DNA of 64,000 bases from assembly GCA_964187785.1 (NCBI GenBank), contig OZ076409.1:69504001-69568000 (forward strand), written 5' to 3'. Of this stretch, positions 47,983 through 57,826 are shown piece after piece (the first letter of the stretch is position 1; the number at the start of each line of letters is the position of its first letter). Source of the DNA: Amphiscolops sp. MND2022. Lineage: Eukaryota. A model generated the notes under the pieces. It worked only from the letters and a program-made list of their open reading frames with translations. It made no database searches and was not told where the DNA came from. The translations under genes and the position numbers were made by a program.

Positions 47983-48574
47983 GAGAATATCGTCACAACT
48001 GCTTCTTCCGCATTTCTTCCTTCTCTCAGGTCACCCATTCAAGAAGAATTCCGAAGTATCCTCTACAGCTTTCAACGAAATTTTCTCATTCTTCAATATG
48101 ACAACTATCCACTCTGGCGACATTGACTGCCCGATAGCTCCTTTCCTTTAAATCTCTTCAGCTCGATTGCGATCCTTGATCCTGAAAAAGCATTTAACGA
48201 CATTAAATGCGCAGCTTCGAACAGAAAAAAAGGCTGACCCACATCTCACAAGGATGATATTGCTTAATATGTTCCAAATATTCCAAATAACAAGAATAAA
48301 TTTCGACCAATATCTCCATATTCATAAACATCCTGACACTTATTCAACTCAAAAGGATGCCACTACACAAACGGAACATACTACAATCAAACCCAAGCGT
48401 TTACTACGAACCCTATCCAATAGAATGCGTTACGAAATGGAAAAACAACGTCTAAATTCATATTGGCCCTCAGATGACAATGATGACACTGACGAAGACC
48501 TTCAAAAAGATCACCCAGAAGCACTTTTAGACGATAACTATCCACATAAAACATATACTTACGTTTCCTTCTAA
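47983..48574 (+). pseudogene. Further degenerate accessory ORF/exon; unknown function
   Basis: Follows an acceptor-like ctattttag. Protein-like reading (ENIVTTASSAFLPSLRSPIQEEFRSILYSFQRNF...) with a stop and a shift into ORF 48167-48574. Confidence 0.4.
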
Positions 48575-49614
48575 CATCATCAGACGCCACCAACAGCACC
48601 CGTCAACTCTCATCTTCGAATTCCACATCTTCTACGAGCAACAGATCAGCACCCATCTTCAATTTCATCGCTGCCCAACAGTTGCCCACCTTCATTCATC
48701 TGCTGACCCTTCTTCTTCCATCTTCCCATCGTCCATCATCACCCACATGCTCAGCCGAAGATGATCGATAATTAATAATAAAGAAAACTCAAAGAAAAAA
48801 CACTGTGCATGATAACATTTCGAAAACTTTCAAACTCATCTAATATTTAAAGAATTCAAACTTTTACCGAAATTATTAATTATGTAGTTACTATTTCAAA
48901 TTTCATCCCCACCCATATTTATTTGCCCAAAAATCTTTTATTCATACCCATACCGATATTTATTTGCTTTACTTTTAAAGAATAATTAGTAATAATCATT
49001 ATTTTTCGGTGCTATCCTATCCAAAAAATTCACAAATATTATCAACAAATGTTTTCAAATTTCAACAAAACCAACTCAAAATCAGATCAAGCACATTGTT
49101 CAGATTAAATTTGAATAATGACAGACCCAAATTCTCAAAGTTTTCAACATTTGTTACATAACAAACCCGCCAAAGTTAATCACAACCTGAAATTTTTTCA
49201 AACGTATTTCACGTTCAAAAATTTTTCTTTCTCAACAATATTATTTCCTTGACTCTTTGACCTTTAACTCGTATGATGTTTGCTCACGTTTGTTCAATGC
49301 GAAGTTCATTCAAAACTTCAACAGAAGCATAAAATTGAGCATCTACCAGTTCAAAAAACAAGCCGACGAAAGCATAGTGAAAAAGAACACTTTGACGCTT
49401 TTTGAACTGTAGTCGCACCTACGAGGTGTCAATCAAAATTTTGACAATTCGAGGTACACCAATGAGTCGAACTACACCACTTTTAATGAGACTTATGCCA
49501 ATCATACATCAAATGAAAAATGTAAACTAGCTGAAACGCTAAGAACATTTAAACAAAAAATTTTTCTTCATTTCATGATGCTACTTTGGATTTTTATTTA
49601 AAAACCGGGATGGA

Positions 49615-49882
49615 TGTACTGATCTACATTAATAACCAATAGTATTTAGATGTTTATAGAATGTTCTAGAATGTACATTTATTTGTTATTGAATGATTGT
49701 AAATCTCTACTCCTTCAGAGAGAGAAAACTAATAATCAGTATTCAGTTGACTTCCTTTTTGTTCTACTCCTAACACCTCGGAATAGTTGTAATAAAGTAA
49801 GCTAGCTAGCCTGTCTCTCAGCCGCTTTTAGTAGTTGCGTATAAGACCATAAAAACAATAACCAACCATTAAAAGCAGCACA
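49615..49882 (+). repeat. Gypsy 3' LTR
   Basis: Identical to 31952-32219. Confidence 0.97.
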
Positions 49883-49977
49883 AACCCATGATGAAAAACA
49901 AGTTTGGAAAACGTTCAAATAGTATTTGAAAATACCTCCTTGGGAGCTTTTCATATTCATAGCGTTCTGAAATATTG

Positions 49978-50040
49978 AACAAGACGCCCGCTAAGCACTG
50001 GGTTACTTTCCGCCTTCTTCGCCTTCACCAACTGAGCCAA
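49978..50040 (-). mobile_element. Internally deleted copy of the tRNA-derived SINE-like repeat
   Basis: Reverse strand reads TGGCTCAGTTGGT...GCGGAAAGTAACCCAGTGCTTAGCGGGCGTCTTGTT. Confidence 0.6.
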
Positions 50041-50454
50041 GTTTGAAGAAACTGGGAGATAGAAAAATACGATGGGTTTAGAAAAAAAGCAACACAGATT
50101 ATGATTTTCATCCCCCATTATATGTGGGCGGAAAATAACAATACTTTCATTCATTAACTTACGAAAAATTATCATTTTTATCGCAGTGGTTTTTAACAAC
50201 ATCACTATTATTTACCAGATTCAATGAAACACTAGACAGATCTTTTCAGTTGCCCTATTTGATAGAACATTTAAAACGTTACGCTGAACGCATGGTTTTT
50301 CGACCATGATCATCCATGAAAACAGTTCCGTAGTCATAGAATTCTTGACGGAAACAGATTGAACTGTTTCACAACGTTTTGTGTTTCCAACTAATTTTAT
50401 CATGTTGCAGAATCCTCGCGTGAACTTTCATGAATCAAAGTTTTTGTTAGTAAA

Positions 50455-51516
50455 TTGAAATTAGCGGTTTGGATACAATTGGGAAGCGAAAATATTGGAT
50501 TCCCGACGTTTCGGCAAAAGACGTTTCGGCAAAAGACGTTTCGGCAAAAGACGTTTCGGCAAAAACATGGCGGCGGACGTTTCGGCAAAAAAAAATATGC
50601 CGAAACGTCTCAGGCTAAAAACATTTGCCGAAACGTTTCGTATGATATGTTGGGCATATCCGGTGTATGCACGCTCGCCCTCATCGTCGCAAAGACCAGC
50701 TCCCACTACGATCGCTTCGCGATCTCCGTTCCCGCTAAGTCTTTGCTCCTGTTCGACCTCGCTTAGCAAAATGGGAATATAAGCGGCCCCAAGGAGCCGC
50801 GGGGCACTAGAGGAAATGGGGACATATCCGAGGCACGTTTTATGCTTTCCATCATTCCTACATTAATGGTCTTATCGTTTTTCTACAATTCCAGAATTCT
50901 ACAAACCTAACCAGTTTGCAAAAAACCAAAAACAAAACCAAGATAATACGGGACGTTTCGGCATGAAAAATTTGCCGAAACGTCCCGAGTTTTTTTGCCG
51001 AAACGTCTTTGCCGAAACGTCATGTTCCCAAAATATTTACTAATGTCAAAATCCTGATTTGGCGGTAAACTTGACAGTCTCAGCTGTATTTAAATTAGAA
51101 CTATTGCAACTTTGAGAACTTGCAAGGCTTCGTGGCTCCTAATTGCGGGCTAATAAAGAATGCACTGTTTAGGCAGCTGGATAAAATTCAATTAACAAAA
51201 TATTAATTAACAATTGTTAATTGTTATTGTTAATTGAATTTTGTCAAGCTGCCTAAACGATATATTCTATATTTGGCCGCAAGTAGGAGCCACGAAGCCT
51301 TGCAACTTATCAAAGTTTAAATGGAACATCGCATCCGCTCGTAGAAAAAAAGAATGTTATCCTATTCTATCCTTGCAAATTGATATTTCTTCAGACAGTA
51401 TAACTGCGTAGTTCTAACTTGAATACAGCTGAGATTGTCAAATTTACCGCCAAATCATGGTTTTGACTTTGGGAATTATTTTCGCTTACCAATTGTAGCC
51501 AAACCGCTAATTTCAA
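50455..51516. repeat. Old foldback/inverted repeat with a MITE in its left arm
   Basis: 50455-50496 plus 51030-51102 is the inverse of 51410-51516. 51109-51200 is the inverse of 51230-51318. Confidence 0.75.
50497..51029. mobile_element. MITE with GG termini, 15-bp GACGTTTCGGCAAAA subterminal repeats and 8-bp TSD
   Basis: AAAATATT at 50489-96 and 51030-37. The repeats are inverted at the right end (TTTGCCGAAACGTC). Confidence 0.88.
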
Positions 51517-51947
51517 TATCTCTATTTCGCTGAAAACAATTTGTTTGAAATGTTTGACTTTAAGGGTTTTGAAATAAACGGTAACCTTCTTGTTTTTGCA
51601 TGACTGCAATTTTTCATACTGTGTGTTTAACCAGAATTTTTGATAATCAATCTGAAACACACCGTGTACTCTGAGGTAATTTCGAAATGGGATATTTTTA
51701 GTTACTTCTAATTTGAATCGCTAATGAAACCGCTTAAAAGATCCTGCGCAGCCGCTAATTCTCTAAATCGGTGTCATAACTCTGATGCAAACTATATTCT
51801 CAGTCACTTCAATAGAATTCCAAGTACCGTCATATTCAACTGGCAAAAAACCAATACGGAAGTTGAATATTTTAGAAACTGAAGTGTGAAAACAAAGTGA
51901 TCGAAAGGGTATCAAGATACAATTATGTACAGTTTCGATTGATATAG

Positions 51948-53003
51948 CCCTAGGTTGAAAAAATATAAAACTTGAAAAAATCTTGCGAGATGTCTTGCAA
52001 GATCTTGCAAGTCAATGCATTTTTCTCGCAAACTGTCTTGCAAGAATCTTGCAAGCAATGGACTGCACTTGCAAGATTCTTGCAAGGTAAACTATGGAAC
52101 TTGCAACAATCTTGCAAGCTTCCACTGAGAATTCGAGATGTAAAAAACTTTTCTGTTTTCTCTACAGAACATCACCTCATGATCATTTCCAGTAACTCGA
52201 GAGGTCGATATCAGACTGAAAGTTTGAGTATATAAGAGGAGACTGTGCGACTACTCCCGTCCCTAGAAATGGATTCTACCTGAAGCAAGGATTTCGCCCT
52301 GTTGAGCGCCTTCAACAGGTTTTGGTTGTTGTATAACTAGATACAATTACCTTTTTGAATTGAACCTTTTCACTACAACAAAAAACCAACTCACGGGCAA
52401 AATTATACCTTTTTTGCAAATTGAATCAATCGTTTGCGTTTCCTAAGCTGTCATACTAGCAGCTCGGAAATTGATAAACAACCTTTTATGTTTGATTTTA
52501 TATAATTCTCAAAATCGGATATATCGCTTTCAAAGTTCCGATGTAACATTTTCGATGTTCGGATACAACGATTTCAAAATTCCGATGTAACCTTTTCGAA
52601 GTTCGGATTTAACGTTTTCAACATCCCCAATTAGCGAATTAGCGGCGGCGCAGATTGTTTCGGCGATTTTATTACTCATTCAACTTATTTTCAATTCAAA
52701 TTATTAGCGATGTTAATTGTTCTCTGTGAATCAAATTGAATGAATTGTTTCGCTACACTATGTGCGACACTATATTGCATGGACCGGACCTTCTTTCGCG
52801 AGTTGTATGTCGTTGGAGGTATGAAAGTTCAAAATTGCAAGTTTCTTGCAAGAATCAGTGATTTCTTGCAAGATTCTTGTTCATCGTCTTGCAAGATTTT
52901 CATTGTCTTGCAAGATTCTTGCAAGACTGGCATCATCTTGCAAGAATAACAGAATAAGAAACTTGCAAGATAAGTGAAGATTTCAATTTTTCTCAGACTA
53001 GGG
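51948..53003. mobile_element. CCC...GGG non-autonomous element with TCTTGCAAGA arrays (EnSpm/CACTA-like)
   Basis: AG|CCCTAG ... CTAGGG|AG (2-bp TSD) with subterminal TCTTGCAAGA clusters at both ends. Confidence 0.72.
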
Positions 53004-53384
53004 AGTGAAAGTTGCATTGTAATCCAAAATTTTTCCATGCTGGTCGCCGGAATTCCGATGTTTTGTATAATTAGCCGTGCATGCACGAAAACAGCATGGA
53101 CAACTTCCCAGCATATGCAACTAGGAGTAATCCTCGGCATGATTAATCCATGAAAGAGGAAGGAAAAACCATGACACTTGAATTTGGGTTATTACAATGC
53201 TATTTCATTTCATACGTTTTTAGTCGGCGCTTTATCCTTTCAAGGAAAAATGCCCAACTATAGCAGTGACCTTTTTTTTCTTCAGACTACACTCCTCACA
53301 CTGATCGGTCCACTTTTTAGAAACAATCCTGAAACCAACTAAGGCGCCAAGTCCGGCCAAGATGGGAAGCACGGCTGGTCATCA

Positions 53385-53603
53385 TGGGAAGCACGGCTGG
53401 TCATTGCCAAAGCGATTGAAAATAACCTCTTCCAGGAACACAAAGTACTGATTACTCCTGGGCTTTCCAAAGAAGACGCATTGCGCGAGAAAACGCTCCT
53501 GCAAAAGAGATATGATATGATACAGAATGGCACTGATTCAAAAACTTTGAAAATTAGAAAACTTAAACTCTACCAAAATGGCAAGGAGGTTCAAATTGAA
53601 TGA
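53385..53603 (+). pseudogene. LINE ORF1 C-terminal remnant (WEARLVIAKAIENNLFQEHKVLITPGLSKEDALREKTLLQKRYDMIQNG...KIRKLKLYQNGKEVQIE*)
   Basis: Manual translation; resembles C-termini of invertebrate CR1 ORF1 proteins; in frame with ORF2. Confidence 0.7.
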
Positions 53604-56423
53604 CTCACAAAGTTGGAAGAAAAAGTTTCTAAAATTCTCTACTTGAATGTGCAAGGTCTCTTATCGTTCCAAAAATGTATTGATTTACAAAAGCTTTATC
53701 TGACTGGTTCATACGATTTGATGCTGTTATGCGAAACCTGGTTTGACGAAAATGTTGAATCGATTATATTTCCTAATGACATCCCAACAGTCCTGAATCG
53801 AGCGGATCGGAAGGATGGTTCACATGGTGGTGTGGTGATATGTTCGAATACTTTGGATACATCTCCGGTCAAAACAAATTTCGACTTCGGTTGCGCTGTT
53901 ATTTTCCAGAACTGCTTGGTGATAGTTATTTATAATCCTCCCCTGACCAGCAAATACCGGATAATGGATAAACATCTCCTCAATTTTATTAAATCGGTTA
54001 TTTGCAAAGCTTTTTGGTCGGTCGAGAAAAATATCTTAGTGTTAGGCGATTTCAATATCCCTTCGATTAATTGGGCACTCTTTCCCGCTCAAATTCCCGA
54101 GGAGTACTCCGAAGTTTTCAATTTCTTCATTCACAATGGCTTTGATCAATTAATTCATCAAACGACCCATGACGGAGGCAATATTCTAGACCTTTGTTTT
54201 GCAAACTTTGACATTCAATCAATCTCTGTGTCGGGAAAAAATTTCCAGTCTGACCACTTCGGAATAACTATTATTTTAGAAACTTTTCATCTTAAAAAGT
54301 GGGAAATGCCTCAATCCAACTCAACCTTCTCCCTTACTCCAGATGCGGTGGAAAACATAAAGCTTGACCTATCTGACAATATATTTTCAATGGTACAGCC
54401 AAATTCCGAATCTACTTATAGCCAGAATTGGTTCGATAATTTCGACGAAATTCTGAAGAAACACATGAGAAAGAAACGTCAAAAGCGTTTGAATCTACCG
54501 TTCTATTACACTTCGCATTCGATTCACCTTTATAATCAATTGAAAACCCTTGCGTCTTCAACGAAAAATTACAACATATCAAAATTTATGTCAGTGAAAA
54601 AAGGCCTCTTGGAGTCTATTGAGTTGGATATCCATTGTTTTGTTAACCATTTTGTTAGTAACAACACGAGAATGCATGACTGTTATAATCTAGTCAGATC
54701 TTTCAAAAATTCTTCGTCCTATCCCTCAAAAATGACATGGGAGAAAAAGAATTTCTCTGGTAAACCTGATATTGCCAATGCTTTCAACGACTTTTTCTTT
54801 TGCCAATATCAAGAATGTTCAACTATCAAAAATTTCAACAACTTCGATGAATTAGAATTGAATGATGTTGAAATCACTCTAGATGAAGTGTACTCAGTTC
54901 TAAACTGTTGCACGAATGGAACTGGACCGGATGGTCTTTCTGGGTTTCTACTGCGACAGATTTCCAACGAATTTAGCATTCATTTTCTTAAATTGGCAGA
55001 ACACATTCTCAGTACATCAATTTTCCCTGCAAACTGGAAAACAACTTTCATTAGACCAATGCACAAAAAGAAATGTAAAACGGTAATCGAAAATTACAGA
55101 CCTGTAGCATCTTTATCCCGTCTTTCAATTTGTTTTGAACGGCTCCTTTTTAAAAAACTTTATCCCCACTGCTCAAAAAAGATATCCCATTTACAGCATG
55201 GGTTCATGAAAAGCAAATCGATACAATCCCAATTGTTAATTCACTTAGATTACATATACAACAACCTCGACAGAGGAGATGAAGTTTTCACAGTTTATCT
55301 TGATTTCAGCAAAGCGTTTGATCGTGTTGATCATGAGATTTTATTGAAAAAGGTTGCCAGTTTTGGGATTGGTGGCAATATACTCAAACTCTTGAAAAGT
55401 TATCTCGAAGATCGTGAACAACGAGTTAAAATTGACGACTGTCTCTCAACTGCCCTTCCAATCAAAAGTGGTGTCCCCCAGGGCTCGGTTATTGGACCTT
55501 TATTATTTTTAATCTTCATTAATGATTTGCCTGGTGTTTGTGTCGACTCAATAATGTTACTCTTTGCAGACGATTCGAAAATCTCAAATGCTGATCCCAT
55601 TGAACTCCAGAATGATCTTATAAGGATTTATAACTGGGCGAAAGCAAATAAAATGGAATTCAATAACACGAAAACTGAACTACTATGGTTTACTCTTCAT
55701 CGCTATAAAATTTCTGATAGACGTGTATTGGTCTTTGATTCTAAAGATATTGAGTTTTCTACGGTCCCTATTAAAGATTTGGGTATCAATTTTACGTCTG
55801 ATTTGAAATGGTCAGCCCACATCGATGTTCGTATTAGAAAAGCTTTTTCACGATTCATGATGTTAAAGCGGTCCTTACCGACTACCTTACCGGCTAATGT
55901 AAAATCACAAGTTTACAAACTTTATATCCTACCAATAATCACCTATGGATCAGTCCTATGGTTTCCCAACAAGACTGATTTATCGAAATTAGAAGTCTTT
56001 CAAAATAAAGTTATTCGTTGGTTTGGACTTATAGATGATTATAAGGATCGGTTATTAGCCCTAAATTTGCTTCCCTTTTCTCTGCTGTTTCAGTTGAACG
56101 ACCTCCTATTCCTACATCAATGTATTGTGAACGATTCTCCGATATGTTCAGGACTGCTCTACAAAGAATCTCTCCGCCATTATGACACCCGATTTTCATC
56201 ACGAAAACTTCTCTTTAAAAAGAAAACAAGACTGAAGTCCACTGACAGCTTTTTCATAAACAGAGTTGTTAATCTAGCTAATTTCGTATCATCGAAATTC
56301 GAGATTGACTTCTTTGACACGACCTCATTTAAGCCTAAACTGAAAAATATTTTCCGAAACTACCTTAAATATGGCTATGATAAATCGGATTGTAGAAGGT
56401 TTTTGAAGTGCTATTGCTGTTGA
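53604..56423 (+). CDS. LINE ORF2: AP endonuclease + reverse transcriptase, uninterrupted (~940 codons)
   Basis: YLNVQG, CETWF, GGV, YNPP, GDFN, LDL, SDH; NYRPVA, QHGF, DFSKAFD, GVPQGSVIGPLLF, FADD, KDLG. Confidence 0.95.
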   Translation, partial: LTKLEEKVSKILYLNVQGLLSFQKCIDLQKLYLTGSYDLMLLCETWFDENVESIIFPNDIPTVLNRADRKDGSHGGVVICSNTLDTSPVKTNFDFGCAVIFQNCLVIVIYNPPLTSKYRIMDKHLLNFIKSVICKAFWSVEKNILVLGDFNIPSINWALFPAQIPEEYSEVFNFFIHNGFDQLIHQTTHDGGNILDLCFANFDIQSISVSGKNFQSDHFGITIILETFHLKKWEMPQSNSTFSLTPDAVENIKLDLSDNIFSMVQPNSESTYSQNWFDNFDEILKKHMRKKRQKRLNLPFYYTSHSIHLYNQLKTLASSTKNYNISKFMSVKKGLLESIELDIHCFVNHFVSNNTRMHDCYNLVRSFKNSSSYPSKMTWEKKNFSGKPDIANAFNDFFFCQYQECSTIKNFNNFDELELNDVEITLDEVYSVLNCCTNGTGPDGLSGFLLRQISNEFSIHFLKLAEHILSTSIFPANWKTTFIRPMHKKKCKTVIENYRPVASLSRLSICFERLLFKKLYPHCSKKISHLQHGFMKSKSIQSQLLIHLDYIYNNLDRGDEVFTVYLDFSKAFDRVDHEILLKKVASFGIGGNILKLLKSYLEDREQRVKIDDCLSTALPIKSGVPQGSVIGPLLFLIFINDLPGVCVDSIMLLFADDSKISNADPIELQNDLIRIYNWAKANKMEFNNTKTELLWFTLHRYKISDRRVLVFDSKDIEFSTVPIKDLGINFTSDLKWSAHIDVRIRKAFSRFMMLKRSLPTTLPANVKSQVYKLYILPIITYGSVLWFPNKTDLSKLEVFQNKVIRWFGLIDDYKDRLLALNLLPFSLLFQLNDLLFLHQCIVNDSPICSGLLYKESLRHYDTRFSSRKLLFKKKTRLKSTDSFFINRVVNLANFVSSKFEIDFFDTTSFKPKLKNIFRNYLKYGYDKSDCRRFLKCYCC

Positions 56424-57710
56424 TTTTTGTTTCTTATATTTTCAATCATAAATAATCAGGCTGTTTAATATCTACAGAAAAGTAGAATTTAAGTCTTTTA
56501 CTACTACTACAAGGGGCCAAGGCAAACTTAGTGCAAAGGGTCCCCCTTTCGTTTTTCATTTTTCCAAGGTAACCTACAAAACCGGACGGGACTAAAGAGT
56601 CCCCCCTTTGATTTTTTTTCGGCACTGTGCGACTTTTTCGAATGTCCCAAAGGGTCCCGCCTTTGAGTTTTTTGTTATTTTGCAACAGAATGCATGTTTA
56701 TAAATCAAAAAGGGCCCCCTTTTACATTACACTGTGCGACATTTTCCGAAAGAGAAAAATTTTTTTCGAAATTTTTAAGTTTTTTTCCAAAAAAATGTTT
56801 TGCGCTTTTTGAGTCTTAGATATAGCGCCGACTTTAGACGTTCTCGTCTTGTTTAAATTAGGGGATAGAATTAGGAATACAAACCGTTCAAATCGTTTCT
56901 TTTTTACTCAAGAACCATTAAGTAGATGCTATGACTAAGCGTTTCCCTTATTTCAAAACAAAATCTTGTCTAGTTTTTGGAAAATTTCTAAAAACACAGC
57001 AGAAGTGTTTCGGTATTTCGAAGTTTGTAATTGCAATAATGCTCAATATTCACTGTGGTGTAACCAACACTATAGGTCAATGATTTGTTTGCAAATTTTG
57101 TCATGTAATTAAGTACAGTAGAGTGGATTAAACAATCGTATGAGAGTGACTTGAGCTTTGTGGTAAACACTGCGCTTATCTTCAAGCAAATCTACTGCAT
57201 GTCATTGCATTGGTCAAATTTGCACTTAGGAGTGTTAGTCATGTAATGTGATTGTTTGATTGCATGTGAAATATCTTTCACTTGGAAGACGTCCCTTGTT
57301 AAATGAGTGACGAGCTGACTTCGGAGCTCGAAGTTGTTTTGAAACGTTTGTTAACAAATATTTGGAATTTCAAGAGCTCGAAAAAATTTTATGCGTTCCG
57401 CTTTTTTGATTCAACAGTAAACTATGCAACAAAAGTAGCTGTTGGCGCTATTTTATTAAACGCTGATTCTGAAGGCTGAAAATCACAGTTAATGTTTCAA
57501 TTTTTGCGCAATTAAGAAGAAAATAAGTCACCATAAAAGTTGAAGCGGTTTTTTTGACCTTTTTGCCATTAGATTCATTGAGATAAAACGAGCAAATGTT
57601 CGTAATTATGCTTTCGTACGCCGAGTTATTGAAATGAAGCGAACGAGTGTTAATTACTCGTTCGCCGAGAGCTTCGCCTGCATTCAAATGCGAATGCGAA
57701 ACTTCGTTTA

Positions 57711-57826
57711 CGCTTAGTAAATTTATTTTTTTAATCCGAGAACAATTAAAGGCAGTGTAAACTGGTAGCTACCAGTTTACACTGCCTTTAATAGTTCTCG
57801 GATTAAAAAAATAAATTTACTAAGCG
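57711..57826. repeat. 116-bp spacerless palindrome centred on TAGCTA
   Basis: cgcttagtaaattt...actggtag|ctaccagt...aaatttactaagcg, 1 mismatch. Confidence 0.95.

Larger units (their letters stand above)
31952..49882 (+). mobile_element. Giant (17,931 bp) env-containing Ty3/Gypsy-type LTR retroelement with accessory ORFs
   Basis: 268-bp LTRs TGTACT...AGCACA at 31952-32219 and 49615-49882, identical by eye. 4-bp TSD AACC (31948-51, 49883-86). PBS-like TGGTGCGACTTG at 32223. AAAAACCGGGATGGA before the 3' LTR. Domain order PR-RT-RH-IN(GPF)-env. Confidence 0.96.
53362..56510 (+). mobile_element. 5'-truncated CR1-group non-LTR retrotransposon
   Basis: ORF1 C-terminal remnant, ORF2 APE+RT, short 3' UTR with a TCTAC-AGAAAA-GTAGA stem-loop and (TAC)4 tail at 56499-56510. 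CAAG at both junctions. Confidence 0.9.
53217..56853 (+). mobile_element. Helentron-type non-autonomous element split by the LINE insertion (left 53217-53361, right 56511-56853)
   Basis: Left end TTTTTAGTCGGCGCT and right end AGCGCCGACTTTAGACGTTCTCGTCTTGTT match the copy at 13088-13587. Confidence 0.7.

Noticed and set aside
50495..50782. Repetitive ORFs (RRFGKRRFGK, FCRNV, TFRQK)
   Set aside because: Translations of the 15-bp subterminal repeats of a MITE with a clear TSD.
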